A stretch of DNA of 64,000 nt from Octopus bimaculoides. Lineage: Eukaryota. Position 1 is the stretch's first letter; every line of letters begins with the position of its first letter. Under the pieces are notes generated by a model. That model searched no databases, was not told where the DNA came from, and was given only the letters and a program-made list of their open reading frames with translations. The position numbers were made by a program, and so were the translations under genes. The DNA is taken from assembly GCF_001194135.2 (NCBI RefSeq), contig NC_068989.1, positions 16,852,266 through 16,916,265 of the forward strand, read 5' to 3'. This document shows, in pieces, positions 46,529 to 59,360 of the stretch.

Positions 46529-48223
46529 TTACAGTCGAAAGGTTTTTTTGCCAGTGTGACACTGTTTGTGAACTACAAGATGAGAATTACCAGAGAACGG
46601 TTTCCTACATATTTCACAGTGGTGAGGTTTTTCTCCAGTATGAATTCTTTTATGAACTGCAAGACCAGAATTAACAGAAAATGATTTCCCACAAGTTTCA
46701 CAGTGATAAGGTTTTTCTCCAGTGTGGCTACGTATGTGGATAACAAGATTTGAGTTATCAGTGAAAGATTTACCACATATTTCACAATGGTAAGGTTTTT
46801 CTCCAGTGTGACTACGTTTGTGGATAACAAGATTTGAATTATTAATGAAAGATTTCCCACATATTTCACAATGGTAAGGTTTTTCTCCAGTGTGACTACG
46901 TTTGTGAATAACAAGACTTGAATTATCGGTAAAAGATTTCTCACACATTTCACAATGAAACGGTTTTTCTCCAGTGTGTATTCTTCTGTGTTTTGTTAAA
47001 TCACATCTAGAGATAAATGATTTTCCACATGTTTCACAGTGAAATGATTTTTCTCCTGTGTGTATCATTTTGTGTCTAGTTAGATTACTACTATCCACAA
47101 AAGACTTACCACATATTTCACAACGAAAGGACTTCACTCCAGTGTGTGTTGTCCTGTGCCTTGTTAAGTTACTATTAGTGATAAACGATTTCCCACATAT
47201 CTCACAGTGAAATGGTTTTTCTCCAGTATGTATAGTTTTGTGTTTCGTTAAGACACTGTTAGAAACAAAAGATTTCCTACATATTTCACAATGATAAGGT
47301 TTTTCTCCACTGTGACTACGTTTGTGGATAACAAGACTAGAATTAGCAGAGAACGATTTCCCACATATTTCACAATTAAATGGGTTTTCTCCAGTGTGAA
47401 TTCTTTTGTGGGTAGCTAAATTACTGTAAGAGACAAAAGATTTCTCACAGATTTCACAGTGATAAAGTTGTTCTCCAGTGTGTATCGTTCTGTGTGTTTT
47501 TAAATGACCATTAGTAATAAATGATTTGCCGCATATTTTACAGGGATAGGGTTTTTCTCCTGTGTGACTACGTTTGTGGATAGTAAGCTTTGAATTTTCA
47601 ATGAAAGATTTCCCGCATATGTCACAACGATACGGCTTTTCCCCAGTGTGTATTGTCTTGTGAACTATAAGATGAGAATTTTGAATGAAAGATTTCCCAC
47701 ACGTTTCACACCGATAGGGTTTTTCTCCAGTATGTATTCTTTTGTGAACTACAAGACTAGAATTATCAGAGAAAGATTTTCCACATATTTTACAATGATA
47801 CGGTTGTTCTCCAGTATGACTACGTACGTGAATAATAAGATTGGAATTCTTAGTAAATGATTTCCCACATATTTCACAGCAGAAAGGTTTTTCTCCAGTA
47901 TGTATTCTTTGGTGAACTACAAGACTATAGTTATCAATGAATGATTTTCCACACAATCTACAGGAATACGGTTTTTCTCCAGTGTGTATTCTTTTATGTC
48001 TTGTTAAATTACTGTTACAGACAAAATATTTTCCACAAATTTCACAGTGATAGGGCCTTTCTCTCTTGTGTATTTCTTTATGCGTGGTAACACCGTGTTC
48101 TGGAGAGAATGTCTTCCTACAGATTTCACGGTGATATTTAGGAATGTTTCCATGGAATGATCTTTGTTTAGTAAATGTTTCACTATGTAAAGGTTTTTCA
48201 TCAAAATGATTATCATTCTCCAT
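46529..48223 (-). CDS. C2H2 zinc-finger protein ZNF-5 (Type I), ~564 aa, 18 intact fingers plus one degenerate N-terminal finger
   Basis: The ORF track starts at a TTG (48334). The first ATG is 48223 (MENDNHF), just after a strong acceptor (tttttcag at 48246-48247 on -). 18 CxxC..HxxxH repeats. Confidence 0.93.
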   Translation of the reverse strand: MENDNHFDEKPLHSETFTKQRSFHGNIPKYHREICRKTFSPEHGVTTHKEIHKRERPYHCEICGKYFVCNSNLTRHKRIHTGEKPYSCRLCGKSFIDNYSLVVHQRIHTGEKPFCCEICGKSFTKNSNLIIHVRSHTGEQPYHCKICGKSFSDNSSLVVHKRIHTGEKPYRCETCGKSFIQNSHLIVHKTIHTGEKPYRCDICGKSFIENSKLTIHKRSHTGEKPYPCKICGKSFITNGHLKTHRTIHTGEQLYHCEICEKSFVSYSNLATHKRIHTGENPFNCEICGKSFSANSSLVIHKRSHSGEKPYHCEICRKSFVSNSVLTKHKTIHTGEKPFHCEICGKSFITNSNLTRHRTTHTGVKSFRCEICGKSFVDSSNLTRHKMIHTGEKSFHCETCGKSFISRCDLTKHRRIHTGEKPFHCEMCEKSFTDNSSLVIHKRSHTGEKPYHCEICGKSFINNSNLVIHKRSHTGEKPYHCEICGKSFTDNSNLVIHIRSHTGEKPYHCETCGKSFSVNSGLAVHKRIHTGEKPHHCEICRKPFSGNSHLVVHKQCHTGKKTFRL

Positions 48224-48245
48224 ATTCTCGATGATTTCTTCAAAT

Positions 48246-48265
48246 CTGAAAAATGTATGAAAGGA
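48246..48265 (-). promoter_or_regulatory. Putative 3' splice acceptor of the ZNF-5 coding exon
   Basis: Minus strand reads cctttcatacatttttcag|atttgaag, 22 nt before the ATG at 48223. Confidence 0.55.
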
Positions 48266-49518
48266 TAATGTATGATGGTTAAGTTTTTTGCCTTGAGTAT
48301 CATGAGATCTTTTATATGTGTAGAAAATGTGCAATGTAGGAATACTCGTTAGAGACTTTGTTTTTTTTTTAAAAGTGCATATATGGTTAACTATGCAGGT
48401 GAGTTAAAGTGAGATTGTTCGTAAATTAGTAATCAGAAATGATATGATACTGTATAGTAAATTATAAATCGCGACTGTTCACCGGGGTTAGTAGAATAGT
48501 ACACAGTGTCTACTGTGATGACAATATAAATATTATGTACTTTAGATTTGAAAGTCAACTATAAAACCATGAAAGGCCAGGAACATTGTCAGTGTTCGGT
48601 GATTAGAATCCATTTTCTCTCTCTAAAATGACTCAAGATACACGATGTAGAATTTAATTATACAGAGATGATGTAACACTGACTTTGGAACATGTAGGTC
48701 CACAGGCATTTATGTTCACCTTAACATGAAATAACCACAACATTAGACATAGTTAAATTAGTTGAACTAATTACGAATATACTTAAGCACCGGTGTCATT
48801 GGAAAATTTCGTCCGTCTGAATATCTCCGGTGGCATATGTTAAAAGTTCCTAACATAATTTAATACGTTCAAACATGTATTCCATTATGTATTTCAATTT
48901 GCTTTTTCAGTTCTATTTAACCGATGGTAAATCGAAAAACATCATCCAGCGAAATGATTATTCGGTATCAACGACGGTGTCTCAAGGGAAATTTGACTCT
49001 AAGAAACAACAGTCAAACTTTTACTTGAATTACACTTTAGAAAAATGAAGGTGTCAGTGAAACACTAAATCACGGATATACAAAAAATACGCGATGGCGT
49101 GCGGTCTACCACAGTATCCTGTCTACGCTGTGAAATTACTTTTAGCGTACGGTCTACCTTTTCTTACCTTATTACTCTTTAGCATGCGCTCTACCTCCAC
49201 TATAAGAATTTTCGGCGATTTTACGTTATTAGTAATATTACTGTCACTTATAAACCACGTGGGTTTATTTATATTTCTGAAGAAGATCGTCGGTTTCCGT
49301 AAAAAATTATTTTTTTACATATGAGGTTGGGGGGAAACAAATACACGTGCATTTTTTTTGACAACTACGGTTCTCATATCGAAATTTAGCCAACATTTCA
49401 TATGATGCACCGTACTATAAAATTTAAGCTAAACTTTAAAACTGAAAAAAAAAATTGTTATACTTGGGTTGGTTATCTTTCGCCGATTACATATAAAAAA
49501 CAAACTTAGCTAGATTAG

Positions 49519-49846
49519 TTGTTGTTGGCACTCCGTTGTCTACGACGTCGAGGGTTCCAGTTGATCCGATCAACGGAACAGCCTGCTCGTGAAATTAACG
49601 TGCAAGTGGCTGAGCACTCCACAGACACGTGTACCCTTAACGTAGTTCTCGGGGATATTCAGCGAGACACAGAGTGTGACAAGGCTGGCCCTTTTGAAAT
49701 ACAGGTACAACAGAAACAGGAAGAAAGAGTGAAAACTTTAGGTGTTTTCACTCAATAAACACTCACAACGCCCGGTCTGGGAATCGAAACCGCGATCCTA
49801 TGACCGCGAGTCCGCTGTCCTAACCACTGGGCCATTGCGCCTCCAC
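49519..49846 (-). mobile_element. Family C SINE, full length, with an 11-bp TSD
   Basis: TSD agctagattag at 49508-49518 and 49847-49857; intact tRNA-like head. Confidence 0.92.
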
Positions 49847-50693
49847 AGCTAGATTAGCAAGATAACAGGAAAAGGGATGTTATGAAAGTTGTTTTTCCTT
49901 TGTATATATTTATGCGCATGCGTCATAGTAGTAATATCCGTTGATACTTTGAGACCGTCTTTTGTTCTCTGTTTAATTTCTTAATTAATACACAGGCGCA
50001 CACAACTGTAAAATAATATCTTTTATGAAGCATTACAGTAAGTATTTAATAATGAAAGTATTACATTTAATCGTATTGTATATTTTCGTTGGTTCTGCAG
50101 TACCAGATTTTTGCAGTTATTTCTTCATTATTGCGATATTAAATGCTTTTTTTAAAAAATTTACTGAAAATTTCAAATGATGTTATTTAGAAGCGTATTG
50201 AATAAGCTCCCACTTACAAATGCGTTATAAAATGTCAAATACAGCAATTCCTTTATATCTCGCTGTCTTACGATCAAGAATTGGCTTAATAATGGTCTTG
50301 TGTGAAAGAGACATCTAAATATCGGATGAATGTACTGTAATTAATGTCATTTGGTGACATGTCTAAATTCTCATTTTTTTAAAATGAATTCCTTTGACTT
50401 TAAAAGGTCAAAAGTTGATTCAAACATTTATAAATGAGTCATTATATTGACCAACAACATTGGACTTGTGTATTCATTCTTTCGGCAGACTCAAACGCAA
50501 ATGTGCTAATCGCTGTTGTGAATGTATTCGAAAGTATTAAGAATAAAAGATTATGTTGTATTCGAACAAAAGAATCTACAGCAAATATTTCTAATAACGA
50601 AATACAAAAAGATCTCCCATAAAACAAAGTAAAATAATTGAAAAAAATTAAAATTAAAACAAAATTAAGTTTGCAAGAAGATTTCAATTAAGA

Positions 50694-50777
50694 GGCGGAG
50701 GTAAAGAATACGCACACTATCCATTTTCGGCGTAACAAAAACCCTAACCAGCGGGTGTGTATATTCTTTACTTTCGC
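50694..50777 (+). promoter_or_regulatory. Palindromic element with an AACCCTAA core, upstream of ZNF-6
   Basis: gcggaggtaaagaatacgcacac...aaaaccctaa...gtgtgtatattctttactttcgc; homologous to 17100-17196. Confidence 0.45.
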
Positions 50778-51204
50778 ACAAGGTTGTATGGTTTCATTTT
50801 AATAGCATATTAAAAAGTAAAGTTCATTTGTTTAGATATTTACATTTACAATTTATGAATATCGACGTGTAGAAAGATTGTCACTGTTGAATCTCTGCTT
50901 TTTATGTGTCTTCTATATTTTATACTGTTCCTCTATGTCAAAATATCAGATGACATTAGCCTAGCTTTAAAGTATCATCTAATTTAGATGCAACATTAAT
51001 ATTTTTCATCTAATGAAAAATATTAGTGTTACATCTAAAACTAAAGGAATATGTTATACAGAACAAGTATAACTCTCTTTATATAAAGTTGTAGTAGAAT
51101 TTCTATGAAAATATTCTCTAAGTCTTATTATTAGCAACATTTTTTCTACTTGATTGGAATGTATACCAGATTACATTCAGTTTAAACTTTGATTATAAAA
51201 AGGA

Positions 51205-51221
51205 ATTTGTTGTATTTTCAG
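51205..51221 (+). promoter_or_regulatory. Putative 3' splice acceptor of the ZNF-6 coding exon
   Basis: tttgttgtattttcag|attacag, ~95 nt upstream of the ATG. Confidence 0.55.
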
Positions 51222-51315
51222 ATTACAGTTGATAGAAATATCGCAGCAGAATTGTTGGTTAGAAATATATCACAAAATTGAAATCAAGAAAAAGCTTCAT
51301 ATGTTGCAATGAGAG

Positions 51316-52845
51316 ATGAAAAAAATTATGGAAACTGAATTTCATGACAACCAAATTAAATGTAAAGAACAATCCGAAAGGATTAATTTTTCTGATGAGT
51401 TGATGAAAGAGAAAGAAAAAACATGTAATATCTTTAAAAAGTCATTCTCTCCAAAAACAAACCTCAGTAACAAAACTATTCATGCTAGAAAGAAACCATA
51501 TCACTGTGATATCTGTGGTAAGTCATTCTCTCAAAATGATCACTTAACCACTCACAAACGTATTCATACAGGAGAGAAGCCATTTCTCTGTAATATTTGT
51601 GGTAGATCATTCTCTCAAATAAATCACTTAACTATACATAAACGCATTCATACAGGAGAGAAGCCATATCTGTGTGATATCTGTGGTAAATCATTCTCTG
51701 GAAGTGGTGAGTTAACTTGTCACAAACGTATTCATACTGGAGAGAAGCCATATCACTGCAATATCTGCAATAAATCATTCTCTCGAAGTGATCATTTATC
51801 TAAGCACAAACGAATTCATACAGGAGAGAAACCACATCATTGTGACATCTGTGGTAAATCATTCTGTCGAAGTGGTGAATTAACTTCTCACAAACGTGTT
51901 CATACAGGAGAGAAACCATATCACTGTGATATCTGTGGTAAGTCATTCTCTCATGGAAAAACTTTAACTAACCACAGACGCATTCATACTGGAGAGAAAC
52001 CATATCACTGTGACATTTGTGGTGAGTCATTCTCTGAAAACGGTGACTTAACTAAACATAAACGCATTCATACAGGTGAGAAGCCATATAACTGTGATAC
52101 CTGTGGTAAATCATTTTCTCAAATAAATCATTTAACTAAACACAAACGCATTCATACAGGAGAGAGACCATACCATTGTGATGTCTGTGGTAAATCATTC
52201 TCTCAAAATAGTGTATTAACTAAGCATAAGCGCATTCATACAGGAGAAAAGCCATATTGCTGTGAAATCTGTGGTAAATCATTTGCTGTAACAGGGAGTT
52301 TAGCTAATCACAAATACACCCATACAGGAGAGAAGCCATATCACTGTGATATCTGTGGCAAATCATTCTCTCATAGAAATACCTTAACTACTCACAAACG
52401 TATTCATACTGGAGAAGAGCCCTATGAGTGTAATATCTGTGGTAAATCATTCTCTGGAAATAGTAACTTAATTATTCACAAACGTATTCATACAGGTGAG
52501 AAACCATATCACTGTGATATCTGTGGTAAATCGTTTTCTCAGATAAATCATTTAACTAAGCACAAACGCATTCATACTGGAGAAAAACCATATCATTGTG
52601 ATATTTGTGGTAAATCATTCCCTCGAAATGGTGACTTAACAATCCACATGCGTGTTCATACAGGAGAGAAACCATATCACTGCGATATTTGTGGAAAATC
52701 ATTTTCTGGTAAAAGTGATTTAACTAAACACAAGAGGATTCATACAGGTGAAAAGCCATATCCCTGTGATATTTGTGGCAAATCATTTTCTAGAAATGGT
52801 TACCTAACTATTCATAAACGTAATCATATGCAAAATAAGTCGTGA
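51316..52845 (+). CDS. C2H2 zinc-finger protein ZNF-6 (Type II), 509 aa, 16 fingers
   Basis: In-frame TGA at 51310-51312 just upstream of the ATG; METE leader, one degenerate finger, then 16 fingers. Confidence 0.95.
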   Translation: MKKIMETEFHDNQIKCKEQSERINFSDELMKEKEKTCNIFKKSFSPKTNLSNKTIHARKKPYHCDICGKSFSQNDHLTTHKRIHTGEKPFLCNICGRSFSQINHLTIHKRIHTGEKPYLCDICGKSFSGSGELTCHKRIHTGEKPYHCNICNKSFSRSDHLSKHKRIHTGEKPHHCDICGKSFCRSGELTSHKRVHTGEKPYHCDICGKSFSHGKTLTNHRRIHTGEKPYHCDICGESFSENGDLTKHKRIHTGEKPYNCDTCGKSFSQINHLTKHKRIHTGERPYHCDVCGKSFSQNSVLTKHKRIHTGEKPYCCEICGKSFAVTGSLANHKYTHTGEKPYHCDICGKSFSHRNTLTTHKRIHTGEEPYECNICGKSFSGNSNLIIHKRIHTGEKPYHCDICGKSFSQINHLTKHKRIHTGEKPYHCDICGKSFPRNGDLTIHMRVHTGEKPYHCDICGKSFSGKSDLTKHKRIHTGEKPYPCDICGKSFSRNGYLTIHKRNHMQNKS

Positions 52846-54631
52846 CTTATATATATGGTTAATCATTTTTATCACAAGTCTTATAACTGTACATGTATGC
52901 ATTCATACAGAAAAGTATCTTTGTCAGTGCTGAAATTTTGCTGTGTTAGCTTTGTTCCTTATTCTAAATATTGATATCCATATGGGCATATATCACTATC
53001 CATAAATATCAACATAAATACTCTTCCTTGTGGAGGTTAGCACACAGCACAATCGAGTGTATTTTTTATTCATAAATTTTGTTGATTAAATTAATTTTTT
53101 TTCCTTTTCATTTTAAAATATCTAATAATTTTACAATTGATTAAGAACACATTTTTTGCTGTATTTACTGCAACTGTCACATTTATTCTGAGGAAAAAAA
53201 TGTCTCCTTTAATAAATATAATCACACCAGGAAGGTGTGATTGTGCAGTAAACAATCCCAGAATTCAATGTCATATATAACATACTATATGTTCATTGAT
53301 GAAATAACTTACCACTGTAATATTTTTAATAAAAGTATTATTGCAGATTCACACATGTTTTATGATTAACATATTTCCACCAGAGAGAAAAGGTACTGTT
53401 GATTTATTTGACATTCTTAGTAAATAGCTGAGAATTCTCATAAATCAGTGATAAAACATCATGCACAGCTTTTATGTTTGAAGTAAATACACAAACAATG
53501 ACAGAATATTTTATCATATCAGAATAGGATATCTCTTTTGTCTGTACACATACCATTCAGAGAATGATATTGATGTTGGTCTAGATTTATATTTTCAGAA
53601 ATAAATTTACCATTAATTCTGTGAAATATTCATGGGTCCCACTAGTTAATATAATTTAGCTATATGGTGAGGTGGGTGGGTAATGTTGTATATAGAAATA
53701 TGCAAAGACAAAAAGTTGTATGCATTTTATTTTAAATTTGTATAACTTTTTCCATATTTGAATATGTAAGCTACATTTTGATGGAACTATTTATTCCATC
53801 TGCAAAAACAATGGGGCCTTGTACTAATAATATTACACCAAATGGAGAAAGAAAGGGTGAAATCCTTGAAAATGCAATTGTACATATACAGTATCTAATA
53901 TTTAACTTGGATATATTTCACACAGTTTGAATGTATTATAAGTAAACTTTATAATCTTTTCATATGAAATGTCACCTGAACAAACAAAACTAAATGACAT
54001 TGTCAAATTCATAGAATTACTGGACTGGACATATCTAGACTAACAACAAGCAGATGATATAACTCGCAGACTGAGTTCCAAGAAACCACAAAAGAGACAA
54101 GACTGCAATGACCAAGATGGAGATATGAAATATATATATTTTGACAAAAGCTGGGGATTAGACACTGAAAACTATAGTGAAATAAAGGGAAGGCCTTTAT
54201 CCTGCAGTGTGAGAACAATGGCTGATTTCAGTGGTGTGTAAGTTTATATAAGATTTTGTAAAGATTTGTTGTAATAAAATAGTGTTAATTCAAGGTATTG
54301 CTGTCAATTCTATTATGCAGTTGTCTCAACCTTAGAAATACAAAACCAGTAAAAATCTATCATGAGCTAATGTCATTGAGCAGCACCAAATGTGAAAATC
54401 TAGGTTTAGTCAAATTTTTGTGTATGAACTTGAACTTGCAACAAACTAATATGTGAGAGACAAAAGAGACAGCTCCTAGAAGGTGTACGCCCTTAAAATA
54501 AAACAAATTTATTCTATCGTGAGATTACTACATAATCTTCCCGAAACCATTTTTTTGTTGAGGAAATACTATTAATAAACACAGCAGTATCATGTTTGAA
54601 GCAAAGCATTTATTTTAAAACTGTTCGTAAT

Positions 54632-54690
54632 TTAGGCACTAATCCAATATTATTAGGCACTAATCCTATATTATTAGGCACTAATCCTAT
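54632..54690 (+). repeat. 21-bp tandem repeat, ~2.8 copies
   Basis: ttaggcactaatcc(a/t)atatta repeated. Confidence 0.9.
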
Positions 54691-54879
54691 GGCAAGATTG
54701 AACCGACTTCAAATGAGAGTAGCCTGCCTTGCAAGGAATAAGTTTGAACAGAATGTGTTTGTAACACAGTAGTAGCTAGTCACAGTATCAATAGATAAAG
54801 CCAGTGGAGGACAAGTTAATCCATGGCCGTTCATGGGAACAACAGTTTTTCCGGTTCCAAGTACTGTTTAGCATCCAGT

Positions 54880-55290
54880 CACCACAGGAATTGGAAGGAA
54901 AACGAACATGACTCGTGTCTTCATGCAACGTTGAAGAAAATTGGGAATGCATAAATAACTTCCAACGCAGAGAAATATGTTTTCAAAGAGATAACGTTAA
55001 ATTCCTGAATCAAATCCTTTCAAATGAGGAGATGAAGTCCAATCCATGTAAGAGAGGAGGAAGATCCCACTAATGTGAGCTACATAATTTCCTGGGGATA
55101 GTAAGAAAGTAGGTACATGCTGCCGCTAGCAGAAAAGAATAAACCCTAATTACTCTATAGAACTGATCTGGTCAAAACCTTCAGTAGCCTGAAGAGGGAG
55201 CTGTTACCTGTGTTTGATCCTATCAACGAGAAAGTGTCAGCAAGTGCATCTAGTTTTGGACTAAGGGTGATCCTACAACAGAAATAGAGT
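54880..55290 (+). mobile_element. Highly decayed Ty3/Gypsy-like RT-RNase H relic
   Basis: EHDSCLHATLKKIGNA.ITSNAEKYVF and FDPINEKVSASASSFGLRVILQQ resemble the Gypsy RT thumb and the DASxxGLGAVL RNase H start. Confidence 0.5.
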
Positions 55291-55435
55291 AGTTAAGGGG
55301 GCTTGTCTCCTGTCAATCAGAATTGTTGTTAGACAGTGCGCGCGCGTGCGTAGTCAATTTACCGGACATGCTCCTCAACCGAAATTTTGTCATGCGCATG
55401 TGCGAATAGATATTAATTACAATCCGAATGTGGAA

Positions 55436-55450
55436 GATTTTTGTTTACAG
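55436..55450 (+). promoter_or_regulatory. Putative 3' splice acceptor of the ZNF-7 coding exon
   Basis: gatttttgtttacag|agatttg; Type II 5' UTR homology begins shortly after it. Confidence 0.5.
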
Positions 55451-55649
55451 AGATTTGAATATAATCAACTTGAGCTACTTTCAGCTTCATTGTCTGGAAT
55501 ATATACAAGATGGTTTTGTATTGTAATTTAACTTGGATTACAAAGGTGTTTGCAGCATCGATAGACATCGACAAAGATCTTAGTCGATTCAAATATAACA
55601 CAAGAAATATTTGTTAGATGTAAAATATACAAAAGAAAAGAAGAAAGTT

Positions 55650-56504
55650 ATGGAAAATGAAGTATATGAATTAAGCAAGTATAAATGTAAAACATCGTCT
55701 AAAAGAATTGGTATTTCTCGTGATATAATGAAAGAGAAAAGAAAAACGTCTTATCTCTGTGATATTTGTGGCAAACCATTCTCTCAAAAAGGTAACCTCA
55801 CCACTCACAAACGTATACATACAGGAGAAAAACCATTCCACTGTGATGGCTGTGGTAAATCATTCACTGCTGTAAGTCACTTAACTATTCACAAAAGCAT
55901 TCATACAGGAGAAAAACCACATCACTGTGATATCTGTGGTGAATCATTCTCTCAAATAAATACCTTAACAATACACAAACGTATTCATACAGGAGAAAAG
56001 CCATATGACTGTGATATCTGTAATAAATCATTCTCTCAAAGTCATCACTTAACTAAACACAAACGTATTCATACAGGAGAGAAACCATATCACTGTGATA
56101 TTTGTGATAAATCGTTTTCTGCTAGTAGTGATTTAACAATACATAAACGTATTCATACAGGGGAGAAACCATATCATTGTGATGTTTGCGGTAAGTCATT
56201 TTCTCGAAATGGTGTCTTAACTAAACACAGACGTATTCATACAGGAGAGAAACCATACCACTGTGATATCTGTGGTAAATCATTTTCTGGAGGAAGCACC
56301 TTAACTAAACATAGACGCGTTCATACAGGAGAGAAACCATATCTCTGTGATATCTGTGGTAGATCATTCTCTCAAAAATGTCACTTAACTACTCACAATT
56401 ACATTCATACAGGAGAGAGACCATATCGTTGTGATATCTGTGGTAAATCATTCACCCACAGAAGTCATTTAGCTTCACATGTATGTATTGATGAAGAAGA
56501 CTAA
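55650..56504 (+). CDS. C2H2 zinc-finger protein ZNF-7 (Type II), ~284 aa, 8 intact fingers plus a last finger lacking its second His
   Basis: The ORF track starts at TTG 55611; the first ATG is 55650 (MENEVYEL), with an in-frame TAA at 55596-55598. Ends HVCIDEED*. Confidence 0.92.
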   Translation: MENEVYELSKYKCKTSSKRIGISRDIMKEKRKTSYLCDICGKPFSQKGNLTTHKRIHTGEKPFHCDGCGKSFTAVSHLTIHKSIHTGEKPHHCDICGESFSQINTLTIHKRIHTGEKPYDCDICNKSFSQSHHLTKHKRIHTGEKPYHCDICDKSFSASSDLTIHKRIHTGEKPYHCDVCGKSFSRNGVLTKHRRIHTGEKPYHCDICGKSFSGGSTLTKHRRVHTGEKPYLCDICGRSFSQKCHLTTHNYIHTGERPYRCDICGKSFTHRSHLASHVCIDEED

Positions 56505-57344
56505 TTGTTGTGTCGCATTCGCGTTGTGGTAAATTCAAAACAACACGCGCCCTACTTAATTTTTGATCATATGAATATTCACGTTGGGGATAACTAGTAA
56601 TTTTATGAATCCTATAACTTTCATGTTGGGTAATCTGATAATTTTAGCAACGTGCAGCATACATACCCAACATCAGAAATTAATCGCAGAATCATAAAAT
56701 GTACTCACAAAGGAATGAAGATAGAACTGTGGTCATAACTTCCCAACAGTATTTTATATAACGATAACTATACTTTGGCGTGGTGACTTCTTAATTCGAT
56801 ATTTTAAACAAAAACATTCTTTAAGAATACTCGTGTGTGTAGCATACTTCCAGAATAGAGAAAAAAATTTAATAAACCAAAATCCTTTCTGATTTGCGTC
56901 TCGCAAGTTATACGCAATAATGGAATGTCTCTAAGTATTTAGAAGGCAATGTTTATCTCCTGATATAATGTATATAATTCAAGGAGTGTGCATTCCCCTA
57001 TTTTCATTATTTATTTTCTGATTTCCTTCTTTTTTATCTGTAAATTCTTTTTTTTATATATATAGATGTATACGTAAGACTTCCACTAATAGTTTTATGC
57101 ATGTCTGTATGTAAATGTTAGAGACTAGAAAATTAAACAGATAAATACATTCCCATAAATCAGATAACAGCATTGTGTTAGGAATAAATACACAAACCAT
57201 AATAGAAAATATTTTATTTACTATATTAGCATATCTGTATTCTTTCACTATATTTGGGACGTTATGCATCCACTGCGTATATTTCGGTTTAGATTTTATC
57301 GTGAATGTATCCCGTTAACTGAATAATTTTGCTGTTACTTTATA

Positions 57345-57688
57345 CTTTTATACTCTTTTACTTGTTTCAGTCATTTGACTGTGGCCATGCTGGAGCACCG
57401 CCTTTAGTCGAGCAAATCGACCCCAGGACTTATTCTTTGGAAGCCTAGTACTTATTATATCGATCTGGTTTGCCGAACCGCTAAGTCACGGGGACGCAAA
57501 CACCAGCATCGGTTGTCAAGTGATGTTGGGGGGGGGGGCGTGGCAAACACAAACACACATATATACGACGGGCTTCTTTCAGTTTCCATCTACCAAATCC
57601 ACTCACAAGGCTTTGGTCGGCCCGAGGCTATAGTTGAAGACACTTGCCCAAGATGCCACGCAGTGGGACTGAACCCAGAACCATATGA
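57345..57688 (-). mobile_element. Family B SINE
   Basis: Reverse complement of the family B consensus. Confidence 0.88.
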
Positions 57689-58029
57689 TTTATTTCTGAT
57701 TTGGTTAGGCTGAATGTTAAGTTGCATGTGTCATTATAACGGTAACCTTATAAAGTGGATGATATGATTTGTAAGTTATCCTTATTCAATGTCTCTGGCT
57801 CACCTCATCTCTATATTTTTAATTAACCTGTAGATGGTTTATTATTTAAGTGTAATCTTATCATTTTGTATATAGAATATCTCACTGAAACTTTTGCTGA
57901 CAACCATAAACAACAGAATCCACAGTTCAACTACATGATAAAAGTTGCACATTTTCCAAACATCTTCAGTAACTATTTGCCGTGAAGCTATAAAATTTGT
58001 TGATATTATTTGACACTAAATAGAGGTAA

Positions 58030-58710
58030 GCTTGTGATGTAGCCGTTTGATGATACCCAAGCCAGAGTTTGAGGAAAGACATGTTTCCTGATCCCCAACA
58101 GCATCTATTTTTAATTTCTTTATATTGATTCTGGTATTTTCGCCTGGCAATGCATAAGCTGTATATAAGTTGTTTTTTATGGAATGGATAACTGAATTGT
58201 TGCCATTTTGTCTTGTTGACATTATGTAAAAGATAATTCCTGAAATGTTAGCCAGTACTTTTTGGTCCCCTGACTATTTGTAAGCATTTCCCTCTTGGAG
58301 TAACTTTCCACATTTTCTTTAACTCCACAAGGCATGTGTTCTTTAAAACTTTCCTTTTCAGCCAAGCATGAAAACACCTGCTCTAGAAATCATTCTTCCA
58401 TTACCTTCAAACTATCCATTCCAGTCTAGCCTCTTAACTTCAGTAAACTCTTCTTTCTTCGTGGTCATGGAAACGGGCAACAGTATGTCCCATTCTCAAG
58501 AAAGGCAATGTCTTTGACCTAAATAACTATCGGTCTATTGTTCTTCTGATATCTGAATATGATGCAAACTGTTGCAAATAATTAGATTCCCCAAGCCTTT
58601 CACTCTTTTTCCAGTTGCCAACAGTACAGATTTTGTAGGACTATGTCTACTCAGGACATGTATATTGCTACCTGCTTTTGTGTATCAGTTGCCAGAGGTC
58701 CCTAGTCCTT
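58030..58710 (-). mobile_element. Decayed non-LTR retrotransposon C-terminal region, possibly RLE-type
   Basis: Coding-like composition with many stops; minus-strand KSVLLATG resembles the QKxVLLGTA terminal motif of RLE LINEs. Confidence 0.3.
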
Positions 58711-59360
58711 CAGCCATCTCTTTTAGATTATAAATATCTTGTCAGATCAAGTAATTTCAAAATGGCAGTGTGCACTGAGTTTTCTCAATGCACAGAAAGT
58801 TCAGAGAAAAACTCAGTGTGCACTTAGTTTTCTCTCCTACAACATCAACTCTTGTGAATCTGCTTGCTATTACCTCTTCAAATCTCTTTGATTTTCAGCA
58901 CTCAAGCATCATCCATATCAACTTAAATCCATCCACCAGCACTGCCTAAACTAATACAAATAACCAACATGGATACATGATGAAAACATTTTTAAGTAAA
59001 TCATCAACATATCCTAATCTCTACAGGTGTAAACAAAGTGAAGGACTTTATTATTTAACTATGTTAGGGTGAAACAAATATGAAATTGTACTGAGGTCAA
59101 ATATATTGCATTTATTTCATTCCAATACATCATAACAAGATTATCATTGTAACTAGATAAAATAATTAGAGTCAGTTTTATTGTCATGTTAAAACAATGG
59201 AGAGGATTTGCATTATTGGTAGAAATTAATGAAATAACAAGTATTTAGGGCAGGGGTATGCAATAACCATAATACACTATTGGTACTTAAATCTCAGGTG
59301 AATAGAAGGCCAAGTTGACTATGGTGGAAAAATATTCTATGTAATATTATTATTCTTACT

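Noticed and set aside
46573-46953. Repetitive alternative-frame ORFs inside ZNF genes (also 21105-21302, 47648-47860, 48004-48303, 5712-6058)
   Set aside because: Shadow frames produced by the 84-bp periodic codon pattern; no independent start context or domain.
48224-48334. 37-aa N-terminal extension of ZNF-5, and the 13-aa extension of ZNF-7 (55611-55649)
   Set aside because: Both start at TTG in a eukaryote. For ZNF-5 most of the extension lies upstream of a good splice acceptor.
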